A stretch of 63,871 nucleotides of DNA, counting the filler, from Octopus bimaculoides (lineage: Eukaryota), in NCBI RefSeq assembly GCF_001194135.2. It is 7 parts of 6 records of this genome, joined end to end, with 100 filler letters (N's around TTAATTAATTAA, not from the genome) between each part and the next. Parts side by side here need not be neighbours in the genome. Positions count along the whole stretch, not along the records: positions 48,021 to 57,359 come from NC_068993.1; positions 57,460 to 62,256 come from NC_069007.1; positions 62,357 to 63,871 come from NW_026299745.1; 4 more parts are not named here. The stretch is one strand, 5' to 3'. Position numbers and translations under genes: made by a program. Each line of letters opens with the position of its first letter. Position 1 is the first letter of the stretch. The notes beneath the pieces were generated by a model. It made no database searches and was not told the origin of the DNA. It worked only from the letters and a program-made list of their open reading frames with translations. Positions 50,351 through 63,871 of the stretch are shown one piece after another.

Positions 50351-51566
50351 ATAGAAAAAGAGGTAGGAGGAAGACTAAATGTGTATGTGAATTTCTATAA
50401 TATAGACAAGGAAAGTAAATGTATTTCCAATTTCTTATTTAGTTTTCAATATAGTTTTATTTAATTTTAAGATAATAAACATTAGGAAGCTACTTTGTTA
50501 GAAGCAGTGTACGAGATAGAAGCCGCATACGAAACAATTCCGTTAGAACAGAGATTTTCTAACAGACTGGTTTCCTAGTTACAGAATCAGCGATTGTATG
50601 GCACTATGTTTTCTATATATTGCAAGCGAGGTTAACTGCTGCCATTCTTAGCAACGAGTATCCACCACCGAGGAGACACAATACAGGTCAAAACCACATC
50701 GTCTGGTCGTCTTAAAGCCACTGTGGCAGGAGTTATCTCCCGCTTGCAATAAATATCGTGTGCTACAAGTGCACAGGATAAACCAGCGGGAGAAGTTAAC
50801 TTCCTGGTGTTAAACATTATTCCCCTGAAAATTTTTCCTGATTTCATAATTTCCTATGAGCACCAAGAAATATAATGAAAGTGAAATTACAATTATTGTA
50901 TGTCTACCATATTTACTGATACTACCAACCGTACCAACAGTGTACTTGCAAAGGTTACCGTCATGTGACGGGTTACTTTCTATTAATTATTATAATGCAG
51001 GTTAAATAAGAATATAGTTATAATGATAACAAGATCTAAATGTGTAATTATAATAAGATTAATTAATTTAATCACAAATGACTTTAATGAAATATAGGGG
51101 TATTCCCACAGGGGGTGACAATAGTCTGAATTACTATAACACAGAGAAATGAATATTTATAATGATAAAAGCATATACAGCTTTTGACATGTTATATGTG
51201 TGTATGAGTATATATATATATACATACACACAGAGAGGCACACACACAAAACACGCGATAGTATATATGTCGGTAGATATATANNNNNNNNNNNNNNNNN
51301 NNNNNNNNNNNNNNNNNNNNNNNNNNNNNNNNNNNNNNNNNNNNNNNNNNNNNNNNNNNNNNNNNNNNNNNNNNNNNNNNNNNNNNNNNNNNNNNNNNNN
51401 NNNNNNNNNNNNNNNNNNNNNNNNNNNNNNNNNNNNNNNNNNNNNNNNNNNNNNNNNNNNNNNNNNNNNNNNNNNNNNNNNNNNNNNNNNNNNNNNNNNN
51501 NNNNNNNNNNNNNNNNNNNNNNNNNNNNNNNNNNNNNNNNNNNNNNNNNGCGCACATATATGTCAG

Positions 51567-51642
<76 letters not shown>

Positions 51643-53321
51643 AAATAATATATATATATATATCAGCAGGTAGACAGCTGAATCTTCTCTGAAACATAAA
51701 CAATGCATACATTACCTGCTTTCAAAATCTGAAAATATTACCACATAGTATAGCAGTGTTTATTGACCATTGTCCAATGTCTGGCTATTGCTCACGTCAC
51801 CTTGGTCAGTTTTACAATAAATTCCCAGCTTATGAGAGCGTCAGTGGTCTAGGTATTGTGATTTTTCGCCAAAATTAACTACTGACCTTTCATTGGGCTC
51901 CTAGGTCTGCCATATTTAGGGCTTGCTAAAAAGTTGTTGCCAGGTAACTTGACGATTGCTTTAACAAGACGATAACAAATGTTGGTCACGCTTGGTTAAA
52001 CATCTTGCGCCAAGTGAAGTTTACAGACGAACACCACCACATGTAGCGCTGCACACAGCTACACATGCACAGTTGCACAGATACACAAATACACAGATGC
52101 GTTTATAGATTGAGCAACTGATTCTACACGTGGATTTAAGCACACACACATACACACGCACACACACACACATACACACACACACGCGTACACACACATA
52201 CGCGTACTTATGCAGACATGCAGACATTTTCAAATATACATTCAGATATGCAGCCACGCACACACATGTATGCCATAGTAAGCATTTTATCAGGCTCATA
52301 TATAAATATATATATAAATAATACATATGTATATATATATATATTTGTATGTATATANNNNNNNNNNNNNNNNNNNNNNNNNNNNNNNNNNNNNNNNNNN
52401 NNNNNNNNNNNNNNNNNNNNNNNNNNNNNNNNNNNNNNNNNNNNNNNNNNNNNNNNNNNNNNNNNNNNNNNNNNNNNNNNNNNNNNNNNNNNNNNNNNNN
52501 NNNNNNNNNNNNNNNNNNNNNNNNNNNNNNNNNNNNNNNNNNNNNNNNNNNNNNNNNNNNNNNNNNNNNNNNNNNNNNNNNNNNNNNNNNNNNNNNNNNN
52601 NNNNNNNNNNNNNNNNNNNNNNNNNNNNNNNNNNNNNNNNNNNNNNNNNNNNNNNNNNNNNNNNNNNNNNNNNNNNNNNNNNNNNNNNNNNNNNNNNNNN
52701 NNNNNNNNNNNNNNNNNNNNNNNNNNNNNNNNNNNNNNNNNNNNNNNNNNNNNNNNNNNNNNNNNNNNNNNNNNNNNNNNNNNNNNNNNNNNNNNNNNNN
52801 NNNNNNNNNNNNNNNNNNNNNNNNNNNNNNNNNNNNNNNNNNNNNNNNNNNNNNNNNNNNNNNNNNNNNNNNNNNNNNNNNNNNNNNNNNNNNNNNNNNN
52901 NNNNNNNNNNNNNNNNNNNNNNNNNNNNNNNNNNNNNNNNNNNNNNNNNNNNNNNNNNNNNNNNNNNNNNNNNNNNNNNNNNNNNNNNNNNNNNNNNNNN
53001 NNNNNNNNNNNNNNNNNNNNNNNNNNNNNNNNNNNNNNNNNNNNNNNNNNNNNNNNNNNNNNNNNNNNNNNNNNNNNNNNNNNNNNNNNNNNNNNNNNNN
53101 NNNNNNNNNNNNNNNNNNNNNNNNNNNNNNNNNNNNNNNNNNNNNNNNNNNNNNNNNNNNNNNNNNNNNNNNNNNNNNNNNNNNNNNNNNNNNNNNNNNN
53201 NNNNNNNNNNNNNNNNNNNNNNNNNNNNNNNNNNNNNNNNNNNNNNNNNNNNNNNNNNNNNNNNNNNNNNNNNNNNNNNNNNNNNNNNNNNNNNNNNNNN
53301 NNNNNNNNNNNNNNNNNNNNN

Positions 53322-53359
<38 letters not shown>

Positions 53360-54076
53360 CTGTATTATATACATATATTTATATGTCGTTTTTCTCGGCT
53401 CCCGACATTTTTCTTCTACTATTTTCTTCTTTACTAATTATTCAATTACCTCGAAAAAATTTCTCCCGGGCTTTAATCATTACAATTCGTCTTGGCCTAA
53501 CGACCCTTACTGTATAGTTTCCTCGATTGTTTACTCTGTACGTCCACTTTGTCGTCGTTTTTTCGTTCGAATCTCTAACTCTCCATGAATTTCAAATTCT
53601 AAAAATTTCTGGATGCTGCTGTCTTACGAAGTTTCCCTACATTATAATTAAAAGCACAATGAGTAGTTATCTTCTTTTTGTATTTTGTCCTGTACTTTTC
53701 CCTTGTGAGTTTGAAGTGGAGTACAGATATTATATATTGAGAAAAAGGAGGCATTCAGAATTTTGGAAAATTATTTATTATCGCTTTCGTTTGTTTATCA
53801 AACTCGTCAAGACAAGATCAAAATTAAAATGGTAAAAACAGAACGTTTCCATGTTCATTTAGTTGAATCGGATGCTTTTTTGATTTGTTTACAGAAGAAA
53901 AATGTTTTTCTTTTTGTTTTTTGAATGAAGGTGGAAAGAGAGAAAGAAAAGAAAAGAGGGGGTAGAAATAGACAGAGAGAGAGAGAGAGAGTTTTCAGGG
54001 CAATAAAGAAAGAAGGAAAAGCATAATAAATGATGCAGGAAGAATAGATAGACAGATACACAGACAGACAGATAAG

Positions 54077-54120
<44 letters not shown>

Positions 54121-54683
54121 CAGACAGATAAATAGATAAAGAGAGAGAGAGAGAGAAAAAGAGAGAATTATTTTCAATTTGATGTGGTCAGTTCATTGAA
54201 ATTTCATTACAAAGCATTTTCTCTTTTCTTTCTTTATTCTTCCCTTTGTACACCTATCAACATATTTGTAAATAAACACATTTTCTCACAAGGGCTGGTG
54301 ACCTTTCAAGATGTCAAATTTAGGAAGTAGCAAGCGCAAACACAGACAGAAAATACTATTAACACCACCATCAGTTCATACCTCACTTCCAACAATACCA
54401 AGAAGTGAACAGCAAAAGCAACACCACCACCAACAACAATAATTATTATCATATATATAATGCTATAACTTCGTTAGTCAAACATTAATTCCACAAAACC
54501 TGACGAATCAATAGTATTTGTGTTTGCATTAACACCGTCAGCAGATACACTTTTTTGTATTAGGCTAAGGCCGGGGCTCACTCACAACAATAGTAAAAGA
54601 CGTTCCGGCGATGATCATCTCGTTGGTTGCTTAGAAACTTTGTAACTAGTAATAAGTTACTCAATAGATTCTGGTCACCGTAA

Positions 54684-54890
54684 GGCAGCGAGCTGGCAGA
54701 AACGTTAGCACGCCGGGCGAAATGCTTAGCGGTATTTCGTCTGTCTTTACGTTCTGAGTTCAAATTCCACCGAAGTTGATTTTGCCTTTCATCCTTTCGG
54801 AATCGATAAATTAAGTACTAATTTTGTACTGGGATCGGTATAATCGACTGTCCCCCTCCCCCAACATTTTAGGCTTTTGGTCTAGTGTAG
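54684..54890 (+). mobile_element. SINE family A
   Basis: Same head and body as 31407. Confidence 0.75.
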
Positions 54891-56337
54891 GAAATGTTCT
54901 GGTCTCCTCATTTTTTTTTTTGAGGGGGGGTGTTTCTTCATGTTTTTTTTTAGCACAATGTTGTTGGGCGAAGGCGCCTGTCCTAGTATTTACGGCGCCG
55001 CACTCACAATCGCAAGACTGTTGTTTCAATTCCAGGAACGGGTGATGCATTTTGCTTTTTCATCAAACCACTTCATTTCACGTTGCTTCGATCCACTCTG
55101 CCGTAAATGACTGACTCTGCTGTCGACTGACGTCCCTTTTAGGGAGATTATCATGACAGCGATCAGTGATACCTAATAGTCCTACCCACCTAACCTGTGT
55201 AATAGCATCTTTTGAAAGCTGCCAAAATGAAAGGAAGCGCACTGTAATCAGCGGTGTATAACAGTATCTGATAGACCGGTGATTACAGTAACAGTGGCGA
55301 TATAGTGACATTGCAGGAGTGAGGTTTAGCTGCTATGTTTAGCCGATTATGTGAACATGCTGACCTCCAGCGACACCTACAATCGCCGACACCACCACGT
55401 TACATCCGCCGCACAATTCTGGCTTTCATAGGCATATACACCCCCCACTTGTTACACATATGATATAGCCTGTATATGATGCATGCATACATCTGAATAA
55501 TCATACAACACACATATAGCCGTTACTACTAACACACATACACACGCATAACGACTAACATACACACAGAAAAAACTCACATATTCACGCACACATACTC
55601 AATGCGCACACATACACACGCACACGTAGTACTTAATATTTCTGAAGAGATGATAAAATATTGGTTGGCAGGAACTTCTAAATTGTTCCACTTGTTAATA
55701 ATGCATGTTCTAACATCTAATTATCGTAGACATCCATCGCTGCAGACATAATACCATATAATCACCATGCTACAGAAAGCCTACGTTTTAAGGATTATTA
55801 TTTCCGATCGAAAGAGCCTTTCTCTTTTTAATCCTTAACGAGAAAGAGCGTCTACGCCTCGCATATTTTTCATACAGAGATAAATGTACAGGTGATGTGT
55901 AAAATATACCTTTATAACGAGACTTTAGAAGTATGTCTTGGAACACGACGGCGCAAAACAGGCTGAAATATATATTTACGATGACAGCGTGTTTACTTTG
56001 ACAATATGGTCATCGTTATTGAGGTGTCTGTGAAGGTCCTGGATCTGAGAAATTCTCCCACCTCCTTCGGTTTCAATTATTTCGTCATTTTATAACACGT
56101 GATCTCCTCTCAGGTGACCTTGGCGACCCAGATTTGGTCGATATATTTGGTAGATGTTTGGAGAAGTCTAAACTTGTCCAAACATTTACCATTCTGGTTT
56201 AGAGGGGAAAATTTTTAACCACTCAAATAATCTGGATTCTTTTCTATTCTAGGAACAAGGCCCGAAATTTTGGGTGATGGGATCAGACCAATCCCAGTAC
56301 ACGACTGGTAATTAATGTATATACATACTTACATACA

Positions 56338-56552
56338 CATGGCTCAGTGGTTAGAGCGTCGAGCTTACGATCATGAGATTGTGAATTCGAATCCCGGTCC
56401 GGGCTGCGTGTTCTGTTCTTGAGCAAGACACTTCATTTCATGTTGCTCCAGTTCACTCATCTGTAGAAATGAGTTGTGACGTCACTGGTGCCAAGCTGTA
56501 TTGGCCTTTGTCTTTCCCTTGGATAACACTGGTGGCGAGGAGAGGGGGGACC
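56338..56552 (+). mobile_element. tRNA-derived SINE family D
   Basis: A box tggctcagtgg, B box (a/g)ttcga(a/t)tcc, body cttgagcaagacac...gtcactggtgccaagctg. Second copy at 57637-57960. Confidence 0.75.
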
Positions 56553-56618
<66 letters not shown>

Positions 56619-57309
56619 TAGATAGATAGATAGATAGATAGGACGACTTCGAAATCCTCTCAGTAGCCTTATGTCGGCTTGGGACGAAGTAGAGGTCACC
56701 TGGACATTGTGCCACATAGCGGGAAAGAATTCAGAACCATGAGATTGGAAAGGTAAATACCTAATGCTCAGCAATGATTTATTTGTTTATTTATCTATTT
56801 ATTTACCTATCTATTTATCTATTTTTGTATTTGGATATCTAATGTATTCGTAGATTTATTTTTGGATGAGACGGAAGGTTAGAGAGAGAGACAAACACAG
56901 ACAATGGAAACTACGATTGTCACAAAATATTTTCTGACAACGATGTGTCAGATACTAAGCACACCTCTACGTCATTGTTTATTTCGCTGTTAGTTTTGAG
57001 TGGAATTACTAATCGATGGAAGACATCAGGTCGACATTTCCCAGATTCTCAAAGACACACTAAAAGACATTCACTGGCATGTAAGTGTACACACACACAC
57101 ACACACACGCACACACATACACACACATACAAACACAGAAACACACGCACGCGCACACACAGAGACACAGACACGCGCACACACACGCACATACAAATAT
57201 ACACGCACACACACATTTGCGCAGACACATATATACATCCACTGCTAGCTAGAAATAGATATAATTCACACACTTACATACGTATACAGTTATATATATA
57301 TATTACATT

Positions 57310-57359
<50 letters not shown>

Positions 57360-57636
57360 NNNNNNNNNNNNNNNNNNNNNNNNNNNNNNNNNNNNNNNNN
57401 NNNTTAATTAATTAANNNNNNNNNNNNNNNNNNNNNNNNNNNNNNNNNNNNNNNNNNNNATGCTACCACCACCATCACCACCACTAATATCACTAGGCCC
57501 AAACCATCAGCGTTACCATCACTACCACCACCACCAACAACAACAGCAACAACTTGAACCATTAAAATACGGACAGCCCAACGCTTGACCAACTGGAAAT
57601 ACCAAAGTCCCTTAACTTGCACTCTACCGTCCGACA

Positions 57637-57960
57637 TATGGCTCAGTGGTTAGAGCGTCGGGCTCACAGTCATGAGGTAGTGAGTTCGATTCACGGACCG
57701 GGTTGTGCGTTGTGCTCTTGAGCAAGACACTTCATTTCACGTTGCTTCAGTTCTACTCATTTGTAGAAATGAGTTGCGTCGTCACTGGTGCCAAGCTGTA
57801 TCGGCCCCTTTGCCTTTCCCTTGGATAACATCGGTGTAGTGAACTGTGGATGCCGGTTTTGGATGGGCGACTGCTGGGCTTCCATAAACAGCATTGCCGG
57901 GACTTGTGTCACGGAGGGGAATATTCTAGGTGCTATTTCATGGCCATTCATGACCCTGAA
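57637..57960 (+). mobile_element. SINE family D with tail; the tail also occurs reversed at about 790-920
   Basis: Same body as 56338, followed by gggcgactgctgg.cttccataaaca...ggacttgtg. Confidence 0.7.
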
Positions 57961-58697
57961 ATTTGTAAGGTGGGGAGGGAGAGGGGGGTCTAGTCAATTA
58001 TATTGACCTCAGTATTTAACTGGTACTTTATTTTGTCGATCCGGAAAAAGATNNNNNNNNNNNNNNNNNNNNNNNNNNNNNNNNNNNNNNNNNNNNNNNN
58101 NNNNNNNNNNNNNNNNNNNNNNNNNNNNNNNNNNNNNNNNNNNNNNNNNNNNNNNNNNNNNNNNNNNNNNNNNNNNNNNNNNNNNNNNNNNNNNNNNNNN
58201 NNNNNNNNNNNNNNNNNNNNNNNNNNNNNNNNNNNNNNNNNNNNNNNNNNNNNNNNNNNNNNNNNNNNNNNNNNNNNNNNNNNNNNNNNNNNNNNNNNNN
58301 NNNNNNNNNNNNNNNNNNNNNNNNNNNNNNNNNNNNNNNNNNNNNNNNNNNNNNNNNNNNNNNNNNNNNNNNNNNNNNNNNNNNNNNNNNNNNNNNNNNN
58401 NNNNNNNNNNNNNNNNNNNNNNNNNNNNNNNNNNNNNNNNNNNNNNNNNNNNNNNNNNNNNNNNNNNNNNNNNNNNNNNNNNNNNNNNNNNNNNNNNNNN
58501 NNNNNNNNNNNNNNNNNNNNNNNNNNNNNNNNNNNNNNNNNNNNNNNNNNNNNNNNNNNNNNNNNNNNNNNNNNNNNNNNNNNNNNNNNNNNNNNNNNNN
58601 NNNNNNNNNNNNNNNNNNNNNNNNNNNNNNNNNNNNNNNNNNNNNNNNNNNNNNNNNNNNNNNNNNNNNNNNNNNNNNNNNNNNNNNNNNNNNNNNN

Positions 58698-58751
<54 letters not shown>

Positions 58752-59009
58752 AGTTTTTGTCTGTTTTTATGTTGGGTTTTGTATGTTAGTTTTATATATG
58801 TTTATGTGTTTTCTTATATGTTGATTTTCATTGTTTTTTTTTATATATTGTTGTGTAATGTTTTTATGTCTTTTTTTTTATTATTGTCCAATTACATTTT
58901 CTGTTTTTATTGTAACTGGTTTTTATATTTCTTTTTTTTTTTTTGCTTGTTTATTGATTTGATTTATTTTTGATTATTTTATTTATGTTTTGTCTTGTCG
59001 ATTTGAGAT

Positions 59010-59018
59010 ATTATTACT

Positions 59019-59078
<60 letters not shown>

Positions 59079-59311
59079 ATTGTTGTTGTCGGCGTTGTTC
59101 TTTTCTTACGTATATTGAAATCTGGTTAGGTAGAAACAAACAAACGAAAAAAAAAGTAAGTCAACAACGGCGAAAACACTTACCAGCAGCTACAATGGCA
59201 GTCATCACCAATATCATCATCATCATCATCGTAATCGTCGTCATCATCATTGTTGTCATCATCATCATCATCATCATCATCATCAACTACACTACCACCA
59301 CCAACAACATT

Positions 59312-59343
<32 letters not shown>

Positions 59344-59543
59344 CATCACCACCACCACCATCACAACCATCACGATCATCATCTTAATCGTCGTAACCAT
59401 CAACATGACCATCATCATCATGGTCGTCATCATCTTCATCATTAACATAATTATCGCCGTACTCACCGCCAGCATCACCTTCGCCATCATCAATCTCATT
59501 CTCATCACATTCATTGCCATTCTCATCTTCCTCCTTATCATCA

Positions 59544-59578
<35 letters not shown>

Positions 59579-59915
59579 ATCATCATCATCACCATCATCA
59601 TCATCATCGTCGTCGTCGTCGTCATCACTATCACATTTATTCTTCATAATTACCTTCGTTATTATCATCGTTTTTCATCAGCATTATTCTTCTGGCCATT
59701 ACAATTAGCATCACCAATCATAACCACCACCAACCCACCCATCCCAACCACCACCACTACCATCATCATCATCATCATCATCAGTAGCAGCAGCATCGTC
59801 ATCATCTTTCCCAGTTATTATTCAGTTGATCCCAATTATTTCGAATGTAATTATTGTCATTATGTCATAAACAAATATAGCCTTTAACGATAATAATAAT
59901 AATAATAATAATAAT
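59010..59915. repeat. Compound trinucleotide low-complexity array (GTT/CAT/CAC/AAT)
   Basis: Direct inspection; the source of the poly-I/M/D ORFs. Confidence 0.9.
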
Positions 59916-60016
59916 ANNNNNNNNNNNNNNNNNNNNNNNNNNNNNNNNNNNNNNNNNNNNNNNNNNNNNNNNNNNNNNNNNNNNNNNNNNNNNNNNNNNN
60001 NNNNNNNNNNNNNNNN

Positions 60017-60053
<37 letters not shown>

Positions 60054-60339
60054 ACTCTTTCACTCTCTCACACTTTGTCTGTCTTTTACGTTTTGCCCTT
60101 GAAACAATTTTCCACGAAGAATAAAAAACGAACAGTTAAATTAAAATGCAGTAAGATTACAGACAGGTTTTCCTTTTTCAGCTGATAATGTTTGTATCGT
60201 TAAATATGATTAATATTTATTGAAAATGCTTCAAAAATAACCAAAACTCTTTGGAATCAAAGAACTCAAGCATCAGAGCTTTAAAGTTTTGGAGCAGTTT
60301 TATATTCATTTATTTTTTTTTTAAAGTCTCCCTCAAAGA

Positions 60340-60660
60340 AACCACCGAAAATCTTGCAAGTAACAATATTAGCGAAAAATATTGGAGAAGGGCATTTTTT
60401 GTTTTCCTTAATTCTTTGAATCCGACCACTTCAAACAAATCACTGAAAATCATGTATGTTGTAGTATTAGCGAAATTTATCGGAGCGTTCTTCTTTTAAA
60501 TATAAATACGTCTGTTTCAAACAAACTAGTGAATATATAACCAGTTGTAATATTTACAAAACATAGTGGAATAGGCTTTGTTTCAAAATTTAAATTTAAA
60601 TTCGTCCGTTTCAAACAAAACCATGAAAATTATGTCAGTTGTAATACTAGCAAAACTGCC
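60340..60660 (+). repeat. Degenerate minisatellite, about 85-95-bp unit
   Basis: ttcaaacaaa...gaaaat.atg...gttgta.tat.agc.aaa recurs 3-4 times. Confidence 0.65.
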
Positions 60661-61574
60661 AACCTTGCCACAAATACAGACCAATGATGAGCATAGATAT
60701 TGTGTTCACAAAAGGACGTACACCTTACATGGTTTAGCACTTATGTTTTTTTTTGGGGGGGGTGCAGTAGGAGAGAGGTCTCTCGAGATTTTAATTAAAT
60801 ACGAATAAAGTGAACAAATATGCAATATAGTGAGTTGAAAAACTACGATTAATCGAGATCGTTCAAAACATTGGGAGACAAACTTCCGCTGCGGGTTCTT
60901 AAGATCTAAATCTAAAAAGAAACAAAGCAAACAAGGGAGATAATTTCAGTACGATCAAATAATCGAAACATTTTGACAATTTGAATAATGTAAATTAGAA
61001 TAGATCTGGCGGCTATGCTATGCCGGAGAGGCGCAGTGGTCACGGTTGGATTTACAGCCTTTATTTATCTGATGAATCAATATAAAACATGTGTTGTATA
61101 GTATATATTTTTACTGATTTCAGTGATTGGTCTGCGGCCTTGTTGGGGCAGCGCTTTGAGGAGTGTGGTCGATAACATTCATCCAGTAACTTGGATACTT
61201 TTTTTTAAAGTTTGGTACTACTTTTATTGATGTCTATTTTGGGAAAGTGTAGGGAGGAGATGGTGACGACCGTGATTTGGAGAAGAAGGTCAAAGATGGC
61301 GACAGAGAAATGATCCACAAGTCATCGGTATTTATCTGTGATGCATGACGTAAAGAAAGTTATGGTCATTGTACAGAAATGTCATCGAGATCATAAAGGA
61401 TCCTTTTCAAGATGCTGGAGATAACAGCCAAATGTTACTCAGATAAAACCGTACCGTCTTTAAAGAAGAGACAAGTTGTATCTCGTACATCCCACAGAAT
61501 ATTGCTGAAAAAAGCACAGATAAGATGGTTATAGGTAAATAGCAACGAAGCTGAAATCAAATACAACAAAAGAC

Positions 61575-61910
61575 TTGAAGTTTGGGGGAGGGGGACTAGT
61601 GTCGGTCACATCGACACCAGTGCATTACTGGTATTTATTTCATCGACCCCCGAAAGGATGAAAGGCAAAGTGAACCTCGTTGGGATTTGAACGCAGAACG
61701 TAAAGACGGACGAAATATCGCTAAGCATTTTTTCCGGTATGCTAACGATTCGGCAAGGTCACCGCCTTTTAATGTATAAAGACTTAGTTGGGTCAACGTC
61801 GGCTTTCATCCTTTCGGGGTCGATAAAATAAGTACCATTTGAACACTGGGTCGATGTAATCGACGTATATCTTTCCAGAAATTACTGGCCTTGTGCCAAA
61901 ATTTGAAAAT
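61575..61910. mobile_element. Two family A SINE fragments in opposite orientations
   Basis: Minus copy about 61575-61770 and plus copy about 61790-61910 share gtcgatgtaatcgac / tcatcctttcggggtcgat. Confidence 0.65.
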
Positions 61911-62356
61911 ACAATATAAAGATTTAATTATATAATTAAAATCTATCCATCCTTGCATTGAAACTGCTCTAATACATTGTTATATGTGCGTGCGTGTGTG
62001 TGTGTAAAACGGTTGTCCAGATGGAAAAGAAAAACGAAGTCAACCCAAACAAACTGACTGCGAGAATCTGGTTTTGTTCATCAGTTGTCAGGAAACCATC
62101 GCAATTTCGACACCAAAACAATATTGTTGATTGCAGCGGAACCCACAATGTATCTAAGCTGCAGAGTATAGAAAGTATTACATGCGCAAGAAAATCGAGC
62201 AGACACATGAAAATGAGTATACGAAAGTTTTAGCGGTAGGATAAAAAAGAAAAAGANNNNNNNNNNNNNNNNNNNNNNNNNNNNNNNNNNNNNNNNNNNN
62301 TTAATTAATTAANNNNNNNNNNNNNNNNNNNNNNNNNNNNNNNNNNNNNNNNNNNN

Positions 62357-62708
62357 TTATTATTATTATTATTATTATCATCATCGTCATTATTATTTAC
62401 CTTTGTTATTTTTATAATTATGTTTACTCATTGCAATTTTCAGTTTTAAATTTTGGCAACAGTTATGTATAAAAATAACAACAACAACAATAACAATAAT
62501 AATAATTGTTTCTTTATTGGCCACATGGGCCGGACACAAAACAAATAGAGATGATACAAGGGACAAGTGGTGTGTTGAACAATGCTGTGTATACAGTAAG
62601 TAAAAAAAATAATAATGATAATAACAATAGTAATAATAATAATAATAATAATAATGATGATGATGATAAGGATGAAAACGATGACGACAATGATTATAGC
62701 TATTATTG

Positions 62709-62758
<50 letters not shown>

Positions 62759-62765
62759 ATCATCA

Positions 62766-62802
<37 letters not shown>

Positions 62803-62951
62803 CATTATTATTATTACCAGTTGATCACTGGGGTCAATGTAATTGACTAGTGCCCTCCCCTAAAATTTCAGGCCTTGTGCTGATAGGAGAAAAGATTATT
62901 GTCATTATAATTATCCTCTGCCTCATCATCATCATCAACATCATCACCACC

Positions 62952-62985
<34 letters not shown>

Positions 62986-63090
62986 TTATTATTATTATCA
63001 TTATTATTATTATCATCATCATTATTATCCTCATCATCATCATCATCATTATTATTATTATTATTATTATTATCATCATCATCATCATCA

Positions 63091-63128
<38 letters not shown>

Positions 63129-63290
63129 TTCATCATCATTATTAGCATCTCCCTCCTCCACATCATCATCATCATTATCCTCAACCTCCTTTTCCTCCTC
63201 CTCCTCCTCATTGTCAACCTCATCATCATCATCATCATCACCATCATTATCATTGATATATTTATATATATATTATTGTTATTGTTGATC
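62357..63290. repeat. Compound trinucleotide low-complexity array (TAT/CAT/AAT)
   Basis: Direct inspection; interrupted by a SINE A fragment at about 62815-62900. Confidence 0.9.
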
Positions 63291-63871
63291 TCACTAATTT
63301 CACTTGATGTAAATTCTCCACAGTTTCTAGTTTGTTGTTTTCCTTTGTAGATTGTTTCTCTCCTGTCTCCTATCATGGCCCCAACCTTATTACTAATGAA
63401 AGACATCCTGATTTTGTTTTTATTTTCGTTATCATCACAATCATCTTTATATAGTTCTTTTATTAACTTTAGTATTGTCTTTTAATTTTTTTTTTCAATT
63501 TTGGTATTTTTAAATAGAAAGAAATGTTTTTCTTTTGGCAAATAACGTGCCTTTGCCACCCAGTTTCACTGCATGTCACATGAACAACGAATGCGAGTAA
63601 GCAACAACACTTGCAGCATATGTTACCTTTTATTGCAATCTAAATATGTATGTGTAAGGTGATTGATCACATTCAATGTTCTTAATGCAAGGGACAATTT
63701 GCAGGAGGCAAAAGAGTTATGACACATTTGAATACCTGATATGGATAACTGAACACCTGCTGGGAGCAAACATTTTGTTTGTTTACTTGTTCATTGGGAC
63801 CATCTGTATTTCCTCACCACCACCACCACCACCACCATTTCTTCCCCACCTTTCATCATCATCATCATCAT

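Noticed and set aside
51716-51728. Possible 13-nt microexon (ttttcAG|ATTTTGAAAGCAG|GTaatg) on the minus strand
   Set aside because: Such motifs occur by chance in AT-rich DNA, there is no frame or transcript support, and it lies beyond a spacer gap.
52208-53588. Long ORFs of 360-456 aa (and similar ones at 12792, 28289, 31716, 35438, 40992, 43845, 51157, 58003)
   Set aside because: They read through N gaps; the real sequence in them is microsatellite or SINE.
56113-56202. Plus-strand acceptor followed by open frame DLGDPDLVDIFGRCLEKSKLVQTFTILV*
   Set aside because: Short, no partner exon and no recognised homology.
56338-56410. tRNA-like sequences with A and B boxes (also 57637, 28800, 42133)
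   Set aside because: They continue into shared SINE bodies and lack a convincing acceptor stem or cloverleaf. They are SINE heads, not tRNA genes.
58970-59887. 305-aa ORF and overlapping poly-I/M/D/S ORFs
   Set aside because: Pure trinucleotide microsatellite, open in several frames and strands, with no domain or splice support.
62446-63406. Poly-I/M/N/Y ORFs
   Set aside because: Same: (TAT/CAT/AAT)n low-complexity sequence.

Overview
AT-rich eukaryotic genomic DNA, dense in microsatellites and transposons. The repeat families look like octopus (inferred). The draft assembly has many N gaps, including six 100-bp gaps (44 N + TTAATTAATTAA + 44 N) that are assembly spacers. Three spliced genes can be read directly. 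(1) CYB5D1 on +: three exons at 4858-4934, 12269-12487 and 14694-14924; the first exon is not found in the window. (2) The last two exons of an LPP/TRIP6/zyxin-family LIM gene on -: 22792-22912 and 21542-21673, convergent with CYB5D1. (3) A divergent ETS-domain transcription factor on -: four coding exons between 43882 and 39124, 402 aa, with an ESE/ELF-like ETS domain near the N-terminus and a long acidic Ser-rich tail. The rest is mariner, Tc1, hAT and Helitron relics, RTE-type LINE ends, several tRNA-derived SINE families, MITEs and simple repeats. Most notable observations: the atypical ETS protein and a cluster of ETS sites in its own intron; Penelope-type minimal hammerhead ribozyme motifs, including a head-to-head palindromic pair and one lying sense in the ETS intron; long near-perfect hairpins in or near transcribed regions; and a sharp CpG-depletion boundary at the first spacer gap, suggesting a methylation-domain edge or a scaffold misjoin. 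No rRNA, true tRNA or CRISPR array was found.
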